DNA of 63,179 nucleotides, counting the filler, from Malassezia furfur (lineage: Eukaryota), in NCBI GenBank assembly GCA_052055015.1. It is 6 parts of 6 records of this genome, joined end to end, with 100 filler letters (N's around TTAATTAATTAA, not from the genome) between each part and the next. Parts side by side here need not be neighbours in the genome. Positions count along the whole stretch, not along the records: positions 21,380 to 31,797 come from JBQJIT010000392.1; positions 31,898 to 42,273 come from JBQJIT010000393.1; 4 more parts are not named here. One strand, given 5' to 3'. The translations under genes and the position numbers were made by a program. Below the pieces are notes generated by a model. It made no database searches. It had not been told where the DNA came from and worked only from the letters and a program-made list of their open reading frames with translations. Numbering within the stretch: position 1 is the stretch's first letter; each line of letters starts with the position of its first letter. Of the stretch, positions 24,141-33,890 are shown piece by piece.

Positions 24141-24752
24141 ATGACCCGCGCACTAGTCTTGTTGGCCGAGGGGACGGAGGAGATGGAGTTTGCCATCGCG
24201 TACGACGTGCTCGTGCGCGCCGGCGTCGAGGTCCAGTCGGTCTACGTCCCGGCAGAGGGCACGCCCAACACGCCCGAGCCGGGGTACGTGACCGCAGCGC
24301 GCGGCGTTAAAATCGTGCCTGACACCACCCTCGCGCAGCTCGACGACACGCCGTTCGACGCGATCGTCGTGCCGGGCGGCGCGGGCGGCGCCAACATTTT
24401 GTCGCAGGACAAGACGGTGCTGTCTATGCTCAAGTCTGCCTACGACGCCGACAAGGTGGTCGGTGCGATTTGCGCCGGCTCCCTGGCCCCGCTGCACGCC
24501 AAAATCGGGCTGGGTGGCCCGATTACCAGCCACCCGTCGGTCAAGGAGCAGCTCCACGAGGGTGCGTCACACACGTTGCTGACCTCAGCCTACGCATACG
24601 AGGACAAGGCGGTGGTTGTCGCCAAAAACCTTGTCACGAGCCGAGGCCCAGGCACGTCGTTCGTGTTCGCCCTGGCGCTCGTCGAGAAGCTCATGGGCCC
24701 CGAGGTCCGTGCGAAGGTCGCCGCCCCCATGATGCTGGACGAACGGCTGTAG
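24141..24752 (+). CDS. DJ-1/PfpI (ThiJ) family protein; in-frame intron 24562-24588 (27 nt)
   Basis: GTEEME, DAIVVPGG, AICAG, TSHP, VTSRGPGT. Confidence 0.93.
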   Translation: MTRALVLLAEGTEEMEFAIAYDVLVRAGVEVQSVYVPAEGTPNTPEPGYVTAARGVKIVPDTTLAQLDDTPFDAIVVPGGAGGANILSQDKTVLSMLKSAYDADKVVGAICAGSLAPLHAKIGLGGPITSHPSVKEQLHEGASHTLLTSAYAYEDKAVVVAKNLVTSRGPGTSFVFALALVEKLMGPEVRAKVAAPMMLDERL

Positions 24753-25053
24753 CGTCGTGTGACCGGCGCACGGTTGCCGGCGCCGCCCTCACCATTTAGT
24801 CAGCACGTCAACGCGGTGGGGTAGCTTGCAAAGTGCTTGGCATTCCCCCGTCCGCACGTCCAGGTGCCCTGGCGTGCCCCATGCGTCGCAGCGCATCGTG
24901 TGACCCCGAGCGCGGATCCGCCGTGCTCCGGCGGTCATGGGGCTCCGCATGGGCCCAGGCTGCGTGCCCGCGTGACGCCGTGCACACCGATAGGGTGCCT
25001 CGCTGTAGTTCTCACCGCACAGGTCCTCGTAGGGGTCTATGGCCTGCTACCGC

Positions 25054-28000
25054 CTAGGCGTCCTCCTCTTCCTCCTCGTCCTCTTCGACGCCCTCGGCGA
25101 CCTTGAGGGGCTCGATCGCCAGCTCGCGGTCGGCGCCGACGTAGCTATCCGACATGAGATAGAGCTTGAGCCGGTCGTGCGTGCCGGGCGGCAGCGTAAA
25201 CTCGAGGCGCACCTGCACCGAGCGCGTGATGGTGACGCGCTTGATGCTGAGTAGCGCACGGCTGCCTGGATCGCCGACCACGAGCCACCACGCGGCGAGC
25301 TTCTTCGTCGGGAAGAAGGGCGCCATGACGGTGGTGTCCGTGTCCTCTTCGTCGTCCGCGTCGCGCTCGAGCGTCGCATGGAGCACGATCGGGGTGGTGG
25401 AGTCGAGGGCGTCGGCGTCGGCAATGTCGAACGACACCTCGATGTACGGGAAGGCGTTGGTGAAGCGCGCGACGTCGGCGAGCTGGCGCTTGTCGAGCTG
25501 GAGGAGCGCGTCGCGTTCCTCGGCGCGCATGTCCGGCAGCGCGTCGGCGAGCGCAAACACGTCGTCGATGCCGCGCGCCTGGCAGCGCTCGATGGTGGCG
25601 TGCGTGAAGTGCGGCACCTGACGCAGCGGCGAGTCGCGGTCCCACACGGCCTGCACGCACATGTGCGACAGCTCCATGGCGACGACCGCGTTGAGCAGGG
25701 CGCCCGAGCTCATCACGTCGACGCACGCGTTGAGCAGGGTCAAGACGCGCTCCAGGATCCCCCGCTGGTCCTGCGCGAGGTCGGCCGGGAGCGTGAGGCG
25801 CGCAAAGTGCGCCTGGAGCAGGATGAACGTCTTGTGCGCCGGGCTCGCAAAGTTGATGCGGTCGAGCTTGAGCGGGACACGGTCGTAGATGCGGCGCAGT
25901 AGCACATCTTCGTGGTGGCGGATGGGCACGTCGTCGAACTCGGACGCGGCGCTGACGATCTCGAGCATGCCGCGCAGTTTGGTCGAGGCGGTGAGCGAGA
26001 GGTGGAAGACGTCGATCGTGGCGTACGACACGTTGTAGAAGCTCGCGATCATACCCAGGTTGAGTGGGCTGACGTCCATCTCGTCCTCGATGGCGATGCA
26101 CTTGGTCTGCTCGAGCTCGCCGAGCGACGTCTCGACGAGCTCCGAGAGGAAGTCGCCGATCTGCTGCATGTCGCGCCCCGGGCACCCGTACGCCTGCGGG
26201 TTCTTTTGCAGGCGGCGGTACATCAGCGTCCAGGTGAGGATGTCGACGGCGGCCTGCTTGTCCTCGACGGTGCGCGCGACGATCTCGGCGTTCAAAAAGT
26301 CCTGGGTATACGCGTGCAGCCGGCTCTCGAGCGGGAGACCCTCGGCGAGGAACTTTTTGAAGTACTCCTTGCGGTTCGCCTGGCAAAAGAGCATGCAGCG
26401 CGACGTGCCCTCCTCGCCGGGCACGGTGCACTTGCCGACCATCTCGAGCATGTCGGGCAGCGGGTAGTCGATGTACCGGTGCTCCTTGCCCTCGTACGTC
26501 TGCAGCGACATCAGCAGGACAAGGTGCGCTTGCACCGGCAGCGTCCACACCGTGTCCTTGCTCGCGACCAGCACCTGGATGGCGCCTGCGGTGAACAGGC
26601 GCTCGACGATGCGCTGGTCGCTGCGTGCGAGGCCCTCGTGCACGAATGCGAGGCCCTGTGCCACACACGCACGCAGGTCCTCGTCCTCGATGCGCGCGAG
26701 GTGCGGCGCGAGGTGCTCGGCGTCCATGTTGAGGAAGCGCGGCTCGTCGCCCTCGTCGGTGTCGGCCTGGGCATACATGAGCAGGTCGTTGGCGGTGAGC
26801 TTGGCCTGCTTGCGCGTCGGCACGAACGCGAGCACGGGCTGCGTCGGGGCGTACTCGACGATCGCGAGGTACGCCGGCTTGGCCATCGCGACCATCAGCG
26901 ACGCAAAGTGCGCGATGGTGAAGGTGTGGAGGTGCACCTCCATCGGCACCGGCCGCGCGCTCGGCGCAAAGCCAAACACGTTGGCGCGCTCCGCGCCGAG
27001 CCACTCGCCGACGTCCGCGGCGTTCGCCAGGGACGCGGCGAGGCCCACGATGCGCGTCGGGCGCTCGAGCTGCGCGGCAATGAAGCGCGCGCGCGAGCAC
27101 ACCACCTCGTACGTCGGCCCGCCGCGCTCCTCGCCGAGGAGGTGGAGGTCGTCGAAGACGTAGAGCGCGACGCTCTGCACGTTCTTGCGCTGGCGCCACC
27201 GGCGCGAGAGCACGTCCCAGTGCTGCGGCGTGCACACCACGATGTCCGCGAGCTCGAGCAGGCGCAGATCCGTCGCGGTCTCGCCGGTGAGCGCGACGAC
27301 TTCGCGCCCCGCGAAGCGCTTTTGCCACGCGGCGACGCGCGGGGCGACCATCGCGGCGTGCGGGACGACGCACACGGCGCGCCCCGCGTCGGGCTGCGCA
27401 AAGAGGCGCGCGAGGGCCAGCTCGGCGCACAGCGTCTTGCCCGCGCCCGTCGGCGCGCACACCAGCGCGCTGTGGTCCGTCTCAAAGAGCGTGTGGAAGG
27501 TCTGCGTCTGGATGCGGTTGAGCGCCGCAAACGCGTACGACGAGGCGAGCGGCTCGCCGAGCGCGGCCACCGGCTGCGGCTGGAGCTCGAGGAGCGGCGT
27601 GGGCGGCGCAAACTTGTCCGGGAGCACGAGGTGCTTGAACGAGATGGGCAGCCGCGCCTCGCTCTGCAGCCAGCGGTCCGACACGAGCGACACAAAGTAG
27701 TTCGGCGGCAGCGGGTCGGTGAGCGGCACGGTGAAGGTGAGCGTGTGCTCTTCCTCGGCGTAGCGCTGCAGCAGGACAAACTGGTCGTAGTAGAGCAGCG
27801 TGTCGCCGTCGACGTCCTCAACGAGCACCCAGAACGTCTGCGCGTGCCCATGCACGCGCTCGTCCCACTGGAAGTCGGGCGTGACGGTGAGGTGCACGTG
27901 GAGCAGCGAGCGCGTCACCGGCTGGAAGTACGCCGCGAGCTCCAGGCGCGGGAACTCGGTGACCAGGCGGTGCACGAGGCGCCCTGCCTTGGGAATCCCG

Positions 28001-31000
28001 ATCAGCTCCCCGATCTCGTTCGGCTCCAAGTCGCGCAGGCGCGCAAAGGGGAACTCTTTGCGCTCCAGGCGGCGGATCAGGTCGGCGGGCACGCCGCGGA
28101 ACTGGCGCAGGGGCGTCATGGCGTTCCACTGGCGGTGCTCGGTCATCTTAGCGAGGTCGAGCGCGAGGCGCGCGACGCGTGCGTAGCCGCGCACGATGCA
28201 GATCTCCACGAGCGCGCGCAGGATGCGCCCGGCGGACTGCGTGACGTAGACCATGTCGGCGGCGAGCGCGTAGCCCTCGAGCGCGAGCTGCGAGATGTAC
28301 GACTGGAGGAGCACGTTGATCTTGGCGCTCGGCTCGTCGAGCGTCTCCTTGACCGGGATCGGGACGCGCTCGAGCAGGCGGCTCACCTCGAGCTTCTCGT
28401 CCTGGCGCACCACCTGGTGCTTGAACTCGTCCGAGAGCGCAAACACGCGGAGCAGCTCGATCGTGCCCATGTGCGGGCGCATGTGGCGGTGGTACGCGGC
28501 CATGCTCGTGTGCGTGAGGTAGTAGTGCGCGGCGATGCGCGCCAGCTCGTTCGTCGTGAAGAGCCCTGAGCGCCGGTCGTAGCGCAGCAGGCCCGCCTTT
28601 TCGAGGAGCACGGCGGCGGAGTGCACCATGTCCGCGCGCTTCTGCTCGAGGAACGGATCGTCGTGCACAAAGTCGGCCGCGACGCCGTAGAGCGCCGGCG
28701 TGCGCAGCATGCGCACGTACAGGTAGGTGTAGCCGAGCCAGGCGACGGCCTCGTCGCGGTTGCGGATCGTCCCGAGGACGATCTCCGCGTTGAGGTGGTC
28801 CGCGAGGCGCGACACGAGCTGCGACTCGATCGGCAGCTGCTGGTTGAGCAGCGAGAGGTAGTACTGCAGCTCGTTGTGCGTCGTGAGGATGATCCCCTCG
28901 CCGACCGTGTCAAACTGCGGGCGCCCCGCGCGGCCGAGCATCTGGAGCATGTCCTGCGGCGACAGCTCGCACCACCGGCTCTTTTCGGGGTTGTAGATCT
29001 GCGTGCCCTTGATGATCACCGTGTGCGCCGGCAAGTTGACGCCCCACGCGAGCGTCGCCGTGGACACCAGCACCTGGAGGTGGCCGTCGGCGAACAGGTC
29101 CTCGACGAGCTGGCGGTCGGCGCGGTTCATGCCCGCGTGGTGGATGCCGAAGCCGTACGGGAGCACGTCCTTGAGGTTCGCGTCGTGCACGTTCTCCAGC
29201 TCGCTCTGCAGGATCTCGCGCGAGGCGCTCGACTGCGGCAGGAAGCGCCCGAGCGTCTCGTGCTCCATCGCGCGGTCGCGCACGTACTTGGCCGTCTTGG
29301 CCGTCTCCTTGCGCGAGTGCGTGAAGATGAGCACCTGGTTGCGCCCCGCGTGCTCGAGCGTCTTGTCGTAGGTGATCTCGTTCATGAGCTGGAGGCGCTT
29401 GATCGCCTTGGCCTCGGTAATCCCCACGTACTCCTGCCGCAGCGGGCACGGGCGGTAGTTCGCCTCAAAGTAGAGCAGGCCCGTCGCCGGGTTCACGCGC
29501 AGGAAGGTCGCCACGTCGCGGTAGTTGGGCAGCGTCGCGCTCAGACCCACGAGGCGCACCGGCTCGCCGAGCTGCTCCATGCGCCGGATGGTGCGCGCGA
29601 CGATCGCCTCGAGCACCGGCCCGCGGTCGTCGTGCAGCAGATGGATCTCGTCAATGATCACGAGGCGCACGAGGTTCGTGTACGAGGCGTCGGTGCTCTT
29701 GCGGCTGATCACGTCCCACTTTTCCGGCGTGGTGACGATTAGCTGCGTCTCGGCGATCTGCGCCTTGGTCAGCTGGCTGTCGCCGGTCAGCTCGTTGACC
29801 TGCACGCCAAACGGCGCGAGGCGCGCGCGGAAGTTGGCCGCCTGCTCGGCGACGAGCGCCTTCATCGGCGCGACGTACACCATCTTGAACGCGGCCAGGT
29901 CGATCGTGCCGTCGTCGCCGCGGTACTTGCCGAGCTCGCGCAGGATCGCGAGCATCGCCACGTTCGTCTTGCCTGCGCCCGTCGGCGCACACAGGAGCAT
30001 CGGCTCGTCGCTGCCGAACGCCACGGGGTAGCACGCCGACTGCACGGGGTTCAGCGTCGTGGCCCCGGGGAACGCCGCCTGCGCCCACGCAGGCAGCGCG
30101 CCGATCGCCACCAAGTCGGTGGCGGGCACCGTCTTCTTTTCGGGGGCGGGGATGTGGATCTCCTCGTAGCCCTTCTTGCTGCGCTTGAAGCTTCCCGGCG
30201 GGAGGCGTACCTTGGGGTTCGTGTTCAGATGGCCGCCCTGGCTGAACGCCATCGCCTCGAGGTCGAGCGTGGCGCGCGGCGCGGCCGTCGAGCCGGGCGC
30301 GATCGTCGCGCGCGACGTGAGCCGCTGCGCCGCACGCTTCGCCGCCTCGAGGTCCTGGGCGGCGTCGGCCTCGCCCGCGAGCGCGCGCAGGATCCAGTGC
30401 AGGTTGCGCTCGCGCATCGCGACTTCGATGTCGATGCGCGCCGCGTCGTCGGTGCCCGCGCGCGCGAGGCGGGTGCACCACACCACCACGTCGCGGTTCT
30501 TGGTGAGCAGCTGGACGAGGTCAAAGTTGGTATAGTTGTACAGGTCCATCAGCGCGTTCTCGCATGCACGCAGGTCGGTGTCGGCACCGAGGATGTCGAG
30601 CGTCGCGTCCGTCTTGGCATTCGCCTCGTACGCGTCCGGGTAGTAGCGCGCGAGCTGGCGCTGCAGCCAGAACGCATCGACGTCGAGCGGCCGGACGGAG
30701 TCGTCGGCGGCGGCGCGCGCCTCGCCAATGCGCAGTGCGTCGTCGGCGTCGGTGGGGGCGTCCGCGGCGTCCGTCTCGTCCTCGGCCGCCTGGGCATCCT
30801 CGTCGTCGTCGTCACCCTCGTCCTCGTCGTCGTCGGCCTCGCGCACGACAAACGTCTCTTCCGGCCCGCTGTCCTCGTCCTCGTTCTCAAACAGCACCGC
30901 GACGCCCGTGTCGTTGTCGAGGTTGGCGGCCTCCTGCGGCTCCTGCTCCTCGTCGTAGTCGGTGATGCGCTTGCCGAGGTTGGTGAGCTGCGCGAAGCTC

Positions 31001-31506
31001 TCTTCCGAGAGCGGCGTGCCGAGCAGCGCCTCGATCTCGCGCTTGCGGTCGAGGTCCTTGAGCGCGTCGTCTTTGAGGATCTCGAGCGCGGTGTCCGCGG
31101 CGCTGCGCACCACCTCGCTCGCCTGGTCGCCGAGCGTGGTGTGGATGAGCGCGAGGATCAGCTCGTACACGCCGCGCGTCTCGTCCGTGCGCGGCTGGTA
31201 CGGCAGCCCGTCGAGCTCCGCGCTCGCCTGGAGCACGTTGGCGTACTGCGGTGTGGCGCGCGCCTTGCGTGCGCCCTGTGCGCCGTGCAGCTCGTCGAGC
31301 TCGGCGGCCTTGCGCTTCTTCTTCTCGACGTCCGCGACGGGCTGCCGCGTGACGCGCGAGCCCATCGCCTTGGGATCGATGCGCCCCACGAGCGACTCGG
31401 CCTCGCCGGTCGGCTCATTCTCGCCCGGCCTCCGCCCGGAGCTGAGCACCAGCGACGAGAGCGCCGAGTACTGATACCCCGACAAGTCCCGTGGCCCTGG
31501 CGGCAT
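25054..31506 (-). CDS. BRR2: U5 snRNP helicase Brr2 (SNRNP200)
   Basis: EPTGEAESL, two helicase + Sec63 cassettes (APTGAGKT/DEIHLL and APTGAGKT/DDLHLL), C-terminal MSDSYVGAD. Confidence 0.97.
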   Translation of the reverse strand: MPPGPRDLSGYQYSALSSLVLSSGRRPGENEPTGEAESLVGRIDPKAMGSRVTRQPVADVEKKKRKAAELDELHGAQGARKARATPQYANVLQASAELDGLPYQPRTDETRGVYELILALIHTTLGDQASEVVRSAADTALEILKDDALKDLDRKREIEALLGTPLSEESFAQLTNLGKRITDYDEEQEPQEAANLDNDTGVAVLFENEDEDSGPEETFVVREADDDEDEGDDDDEDAQAAEDETDAADAPTDADDALRIGEARAAADDSVRPLDVDAFWLQRQLARYYPDAYEANAKTDATLDILGADTDLRACENALMDLYNYTNFDLVQLLTKNRDVVVWCTRLARAGTDDAARIDIEVAMRERNLHWILRALAGEADAAQDLEAAKRAAQRLTSRATIAPGSTAAPRATLDLEAMAFSQGGHLNTNPKVRLPPGSFKRSKKGYEEIHIPAPEKKTVPATDLVAIGALPAWAQAAFPGATTLNPVQSACYPVAFGSDEPMLLCAPTGAGKTNVAMLAILRELGKYRGDDGTIDLAAFKMVYVAPMKALVAEQAANFRARLAPFGVQVNELTGDSQLTKAQIAETQLIVTTPEKWDVISRKSTDASYTNLVRLVIIDEIHLLHDDRGPVLEAIVARTIRRMEQLGEPVRLVGLSATLPNYRDVATFLRVNPATGLLYFEANYRPCPLRQEYVGITEAKAIKRLQLMNEITYDKTLEHAGRNQVLIFTHSRKETAKTAKYVRDRAMEHETLGRFLPQSSASREILQSELENVHDANLKDVLPYGFGIHHAGMNRADRQLVEDLFADGHLQVLVSTATLAWGVNLPAHTVIIKGTQIYNPEKSRWCELSPQDMLQMLGRAGRPQFDTVGEGIILTTHNELQYYLSLLNQQLPIESQLVSRLADHLNAEIVLGTIRNRDEAVAWLGYTYLYVRMLRTPALYGVAADFVHDDPFLEQKRADMVHSAAVLLEKAGLLRYDRRSGLFTTNELARIAAHYYLTHTSMAAYHRHMRPHMGTIELLRVFALSDEFKHQVVRQDEKLEVSRLLERVPIPVKETLDEPSAKINVLLQSYISQLALEGYALAADMVYVTQSAGRILRALVEICIVRGYARVARLALDLAKMTEHRQWNAMTPLRQFRGVPADLIRRLERKEFPFARLRDLEPNEIGELIGIPKAGRLVHRLVTEFPRLELAAYFQPVTRSLLHVHLTVTPDFQWDERVHGHAQTFWVLVEDVDGDTLLYYDQFVLLQRYAEEEHTLTFTVPLTDPLPPNYFVSLVSDRWLQSEARLPISFKHLVLPDKFAPPTPLLELQPQPVAALGEPLASSYAFAALNRIQTQTFHTLFETDHSALVCAPTGAGKTLCAELALARLFAQPDAGRAVCVVPHAAMVAPRVAAWQKRFAGREVVALTGETATDLRLLELADIVVCTPQHWDVLSRRWRQRKNVQSVALYVFDDLHLLGEERGGPTYEVVCSRARFIAAQLERPTRIVGLAASLANAADVGEWLGAERANVFGFAPSARPVPMEVHLHTFTIAHFASLMVAMAKPAYLAIVEYAPTQPVLAFVPTRKQAKLTANDLLMYAQADTDEGDEPRFLNMDAEHLAPHLARIEDEDLRACVAQGLAFVHEGLARSDQRIVERLFTAGAIQVLVASKDTVWTLPVQAHLVLLMSLQTYEGKEHRYIDYPLPDMLEMVGKCTVPGEEGTSRCMLFCQANRKEYFKKFLAEGLPLESRLHAYTQDFLNAEIVARTVEDKQAAVDILTWTLMYRRLQKNPQAYGCPGRDMQQIGDFLSELVETSLGELEQTKCIAIEDEMDVSPLNLGMIASFYNVSYATIDVFHLSLTASTKLRGMLEIVSAASEFDDVPIRHHEDVLLRRIYDRVPLKLDRINFASPAHKTFILLQAHFARLTLPADLAQDQRGILERVLTLLNACVDVMSSGALLNAVVAMELSHMCVQAVWDRDSPLRQVPHFTHATIERCQARGIDDVFALADALPDMRAEERDALLQLDKRQLADVARFTNAFPYIEVSFDIADADALDSTTPIVLHATLERDADDEEDTDTTVMAPFFPTKKLAAWWLVVGDPGSRALLSIKRVTITRSVQVRLEFTLPPGTHDRLKLYLMSDSYVGADRELAIEPLKVAEGVEEDEEEEEDA

Positions 31507-31797
31507 CGTGGCGACGGAGCGTCGCGCGGCGCGCCGCCACGTGATGCTTTTTCTTCACCTCGGCCGACGCGTCGTCGCCGCCACGCGCCGCCGCCGCCCC
31601 CGCGGCGCGCGCCGCTCGACCCACGATCGTCGCTGGCGCGCTCCCTTTGGCTTGCGCACATCAGGCCCCCACACCGCGTGCCAGAGGCAAGCTGTGTGTG
31701 TGCACGAGGGCATGATCTCGCTGCAAGAATCCATCGACGCGCACGCGCACCGCGCACGCGCGCCGGCGCACGCCCAGGCGGCGCCCCCCACGGCGCC

Positions 31798-31897
31798 NNN
31801 NNNNNNNNNNNNNNNNNNNNNNNNNNNNNNNNNNNNNNNNNTTAATTAATTAANNNNNNNNNNNNNNNNNNNNNNNNNNNNNNNNNNNNNNNNNNNN
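31798..31897. other. Artificial contig spacer
   Basis: 44 N + TTAATTAATTAA + 44 N. Confidence 0.98.
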
Positions 31898-32781
31898 ATC
31901 TGGAGCGGGGCGTGTCGGAGGACACGCCGCTCGAGCCGCGGAACCGCGGGCGGATACTGGATGATGCGCCACGCAGCCCCGTGAGCCAGGCCGAGAGCCC
32001 CGAGTTTATGCGCCTCACCGAACAGGTCGGCCTGCACGTCTTCCGTATCAATGCCAACGTGTCGACCCTGTCGAAGCTCGATGCGCAGCTGCGCAAGACA
32101 CCGTACGCCAAAAACGACGATCTGCGACGCCAGTTGTACGTGCATGTTCTCACACAGCAACGACCTCAGCGAGCAGACGCGTGGGATCGTCAAGGACGCC
32201 ACCGACGACATCAAGGCCCTCTCGCTGTTTCCGGTGCGCACCGCCGGCAGTACGGGGTCATCGCCCGCGGGGCTGCTACAGTCGAAGCTGCAGCGTGACT
32301 TTCAGCAAGCGCTTGTGGCATTCCAGGCGATCCAAAAGTCGGGCGTGCGCAAGGAAAAGGAGGCACTCGCCTACGTCAAGGCGCAAAGCGACGAGCCCGA
32401 AACCGAGCAGGTCGGCGCCCTGCAGGCACAGGAACAGGTCCCGCGCGTGTCGCATGCCGAACTCGAGTACCAGGAGGCGCTCATCGCCGAACGCGAGGCC
32501 GAGATCCGCGAGATCGAGGCGGGCGTCCAGGAGCTCAACGAGATTTTCCGCGATCTGAGCCATATTGTCCAGGAGCAGGGCGGGATGATTGACAACATCG
32601 AATACAACATCACTAACATCTCGACCAATGCCCAGGGTGCCGACCGCGAACTACTTCAGGCGCACGACTATCAACGTCGTGCGGGGCGCCGGACGGCGTG
32701 CCTGATGATCATTGTTGCGTTTGTGGTGTTTGTGGTGCTTCTCGCGGTACGTGACGCTGGCTGACGCAGCTCCTGGCTTGA
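31898..32781 (+). CDS. Pep12/Vam3-type syntaxin (Qa-SNARE), 5' partial; introns 32136-32157 (22 nt) and 32747-32769 (23 nt)
   Basis: SNARE motif EREAEIREIEAGVQELNEIFRDLSHIVQEQGGMIDNIE and a C-terminal TM ending VLLALLA*. Confidence 0.9.
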
Positions 32782-32802
32782 CCTTTTGTACTATCGTAGT
32801 GT

Positions 32803-33861
32803 CTAGATGAATCCTGCATAATTCACCGGACCCACGGTCTGCGCGCCGACGAGCTCGAGCGCGCCGCTCGCACCGTCGCGAGAAAGCAACGCGAGCGTCT
32901 CGGAGCCCTGGTTCGCGACGACCATCCAGCGCTCGTCGGCACTCAGCGCAAAGTGGCGTGGCACGCGGCCGCCGCACGCGTAGAACACGGGCGCCCCCAG
33001 CGCGCCTGACGCCGTGCGCGGGAGGACCGCCAGCACGTCTTCGTGGGGATCGCCGCGGCAGCTCACGTATACAAAACGTCCGTCGGACGACACGGCGACC
33101 TCGGCGAGCGTGTCAATCTGCTTCTGCGGGGGGCGCACAGGTACGGCGGCTCCTTGGGCCGTGAGCTTTGCGCCGTCCCATGCAAAGGCCTGCACCTCGA
33201 GCGAGAGCTCCATAACGACATAGGCAGTCGTTTTGTGGAACACAAGATGACGCGGGCCGCTCCCGTCCTGCACGGGCACCGACGTCGTGAGCGCCGCGTC
33301 GTGCGCGCGCGCGCCGACGCGCACCATGTGGATGCGGTCGGAGCCCAAGTCGCAGATCAGAATGTACTGGTGGTCCGGCGACGGCATCACCTGGTGTGCG
33401 TGCGGCATTTCCTGGCGGTCTGCGACACGCCCGTGGCCACTTCGGTGGAACGCGATCGTGTGGGGCGAGCCGAGCGTACCGTCGTGTGCGAGGTCGAGCA
33501 CCGACACGGAGCCGGACGCGTAATTGGCTGTGTGTGAGCAAGGCACGAACCCACAAACACCTGTGCACCGTACGGCGTGCGCACGGTCGCGATGCTCACC
33601 GCACCGTCACCGCCGACGTGCGCGGACGTGTGCAACTGGAGCCCATGGGTGGTCTCACGAAAGACGGACAAGACAGCGTTGGTGGTCTCGCCGACGCACA
33701 GTACGAATGTCTCGTCGAGCTTGATGGGCTCGAGCCATGCTGGTGCGTCACAGGCGACGCGCTCCGTGCGCCGCAGCTCGGGAGGCTGGAATGCGTACGA
33801 TGCGCTGCGTGAGCCGTGCGCCTTACACTTCGCCCGCGTACGACGCCGTGCGGATCGTCAT
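32803..33861 (-). CDS. 7-bladed beta-propeller lactonase (6-phosphogluconolactonase/muconate cyclase family); introns 33528-33550 (23 nt) and 33805-33826 (22 nt)
   Basis: ANYASGSV, RQEMPHAHQ, CDLGSDRI, GSGPRHL, PRHF, VANQGS; splicing links MTIRTASYAGEV to the main ORF. Confidence 0.88.
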
Positions 33862-33890
33862 AGTGGAGGTGCGCCTTTTCGTCACCCACG

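Noticed and set aside
31711..31797. Possible gene start MISLQESIDAH at a contig end
   Set aside because: Too short and truncated by the gap to identify
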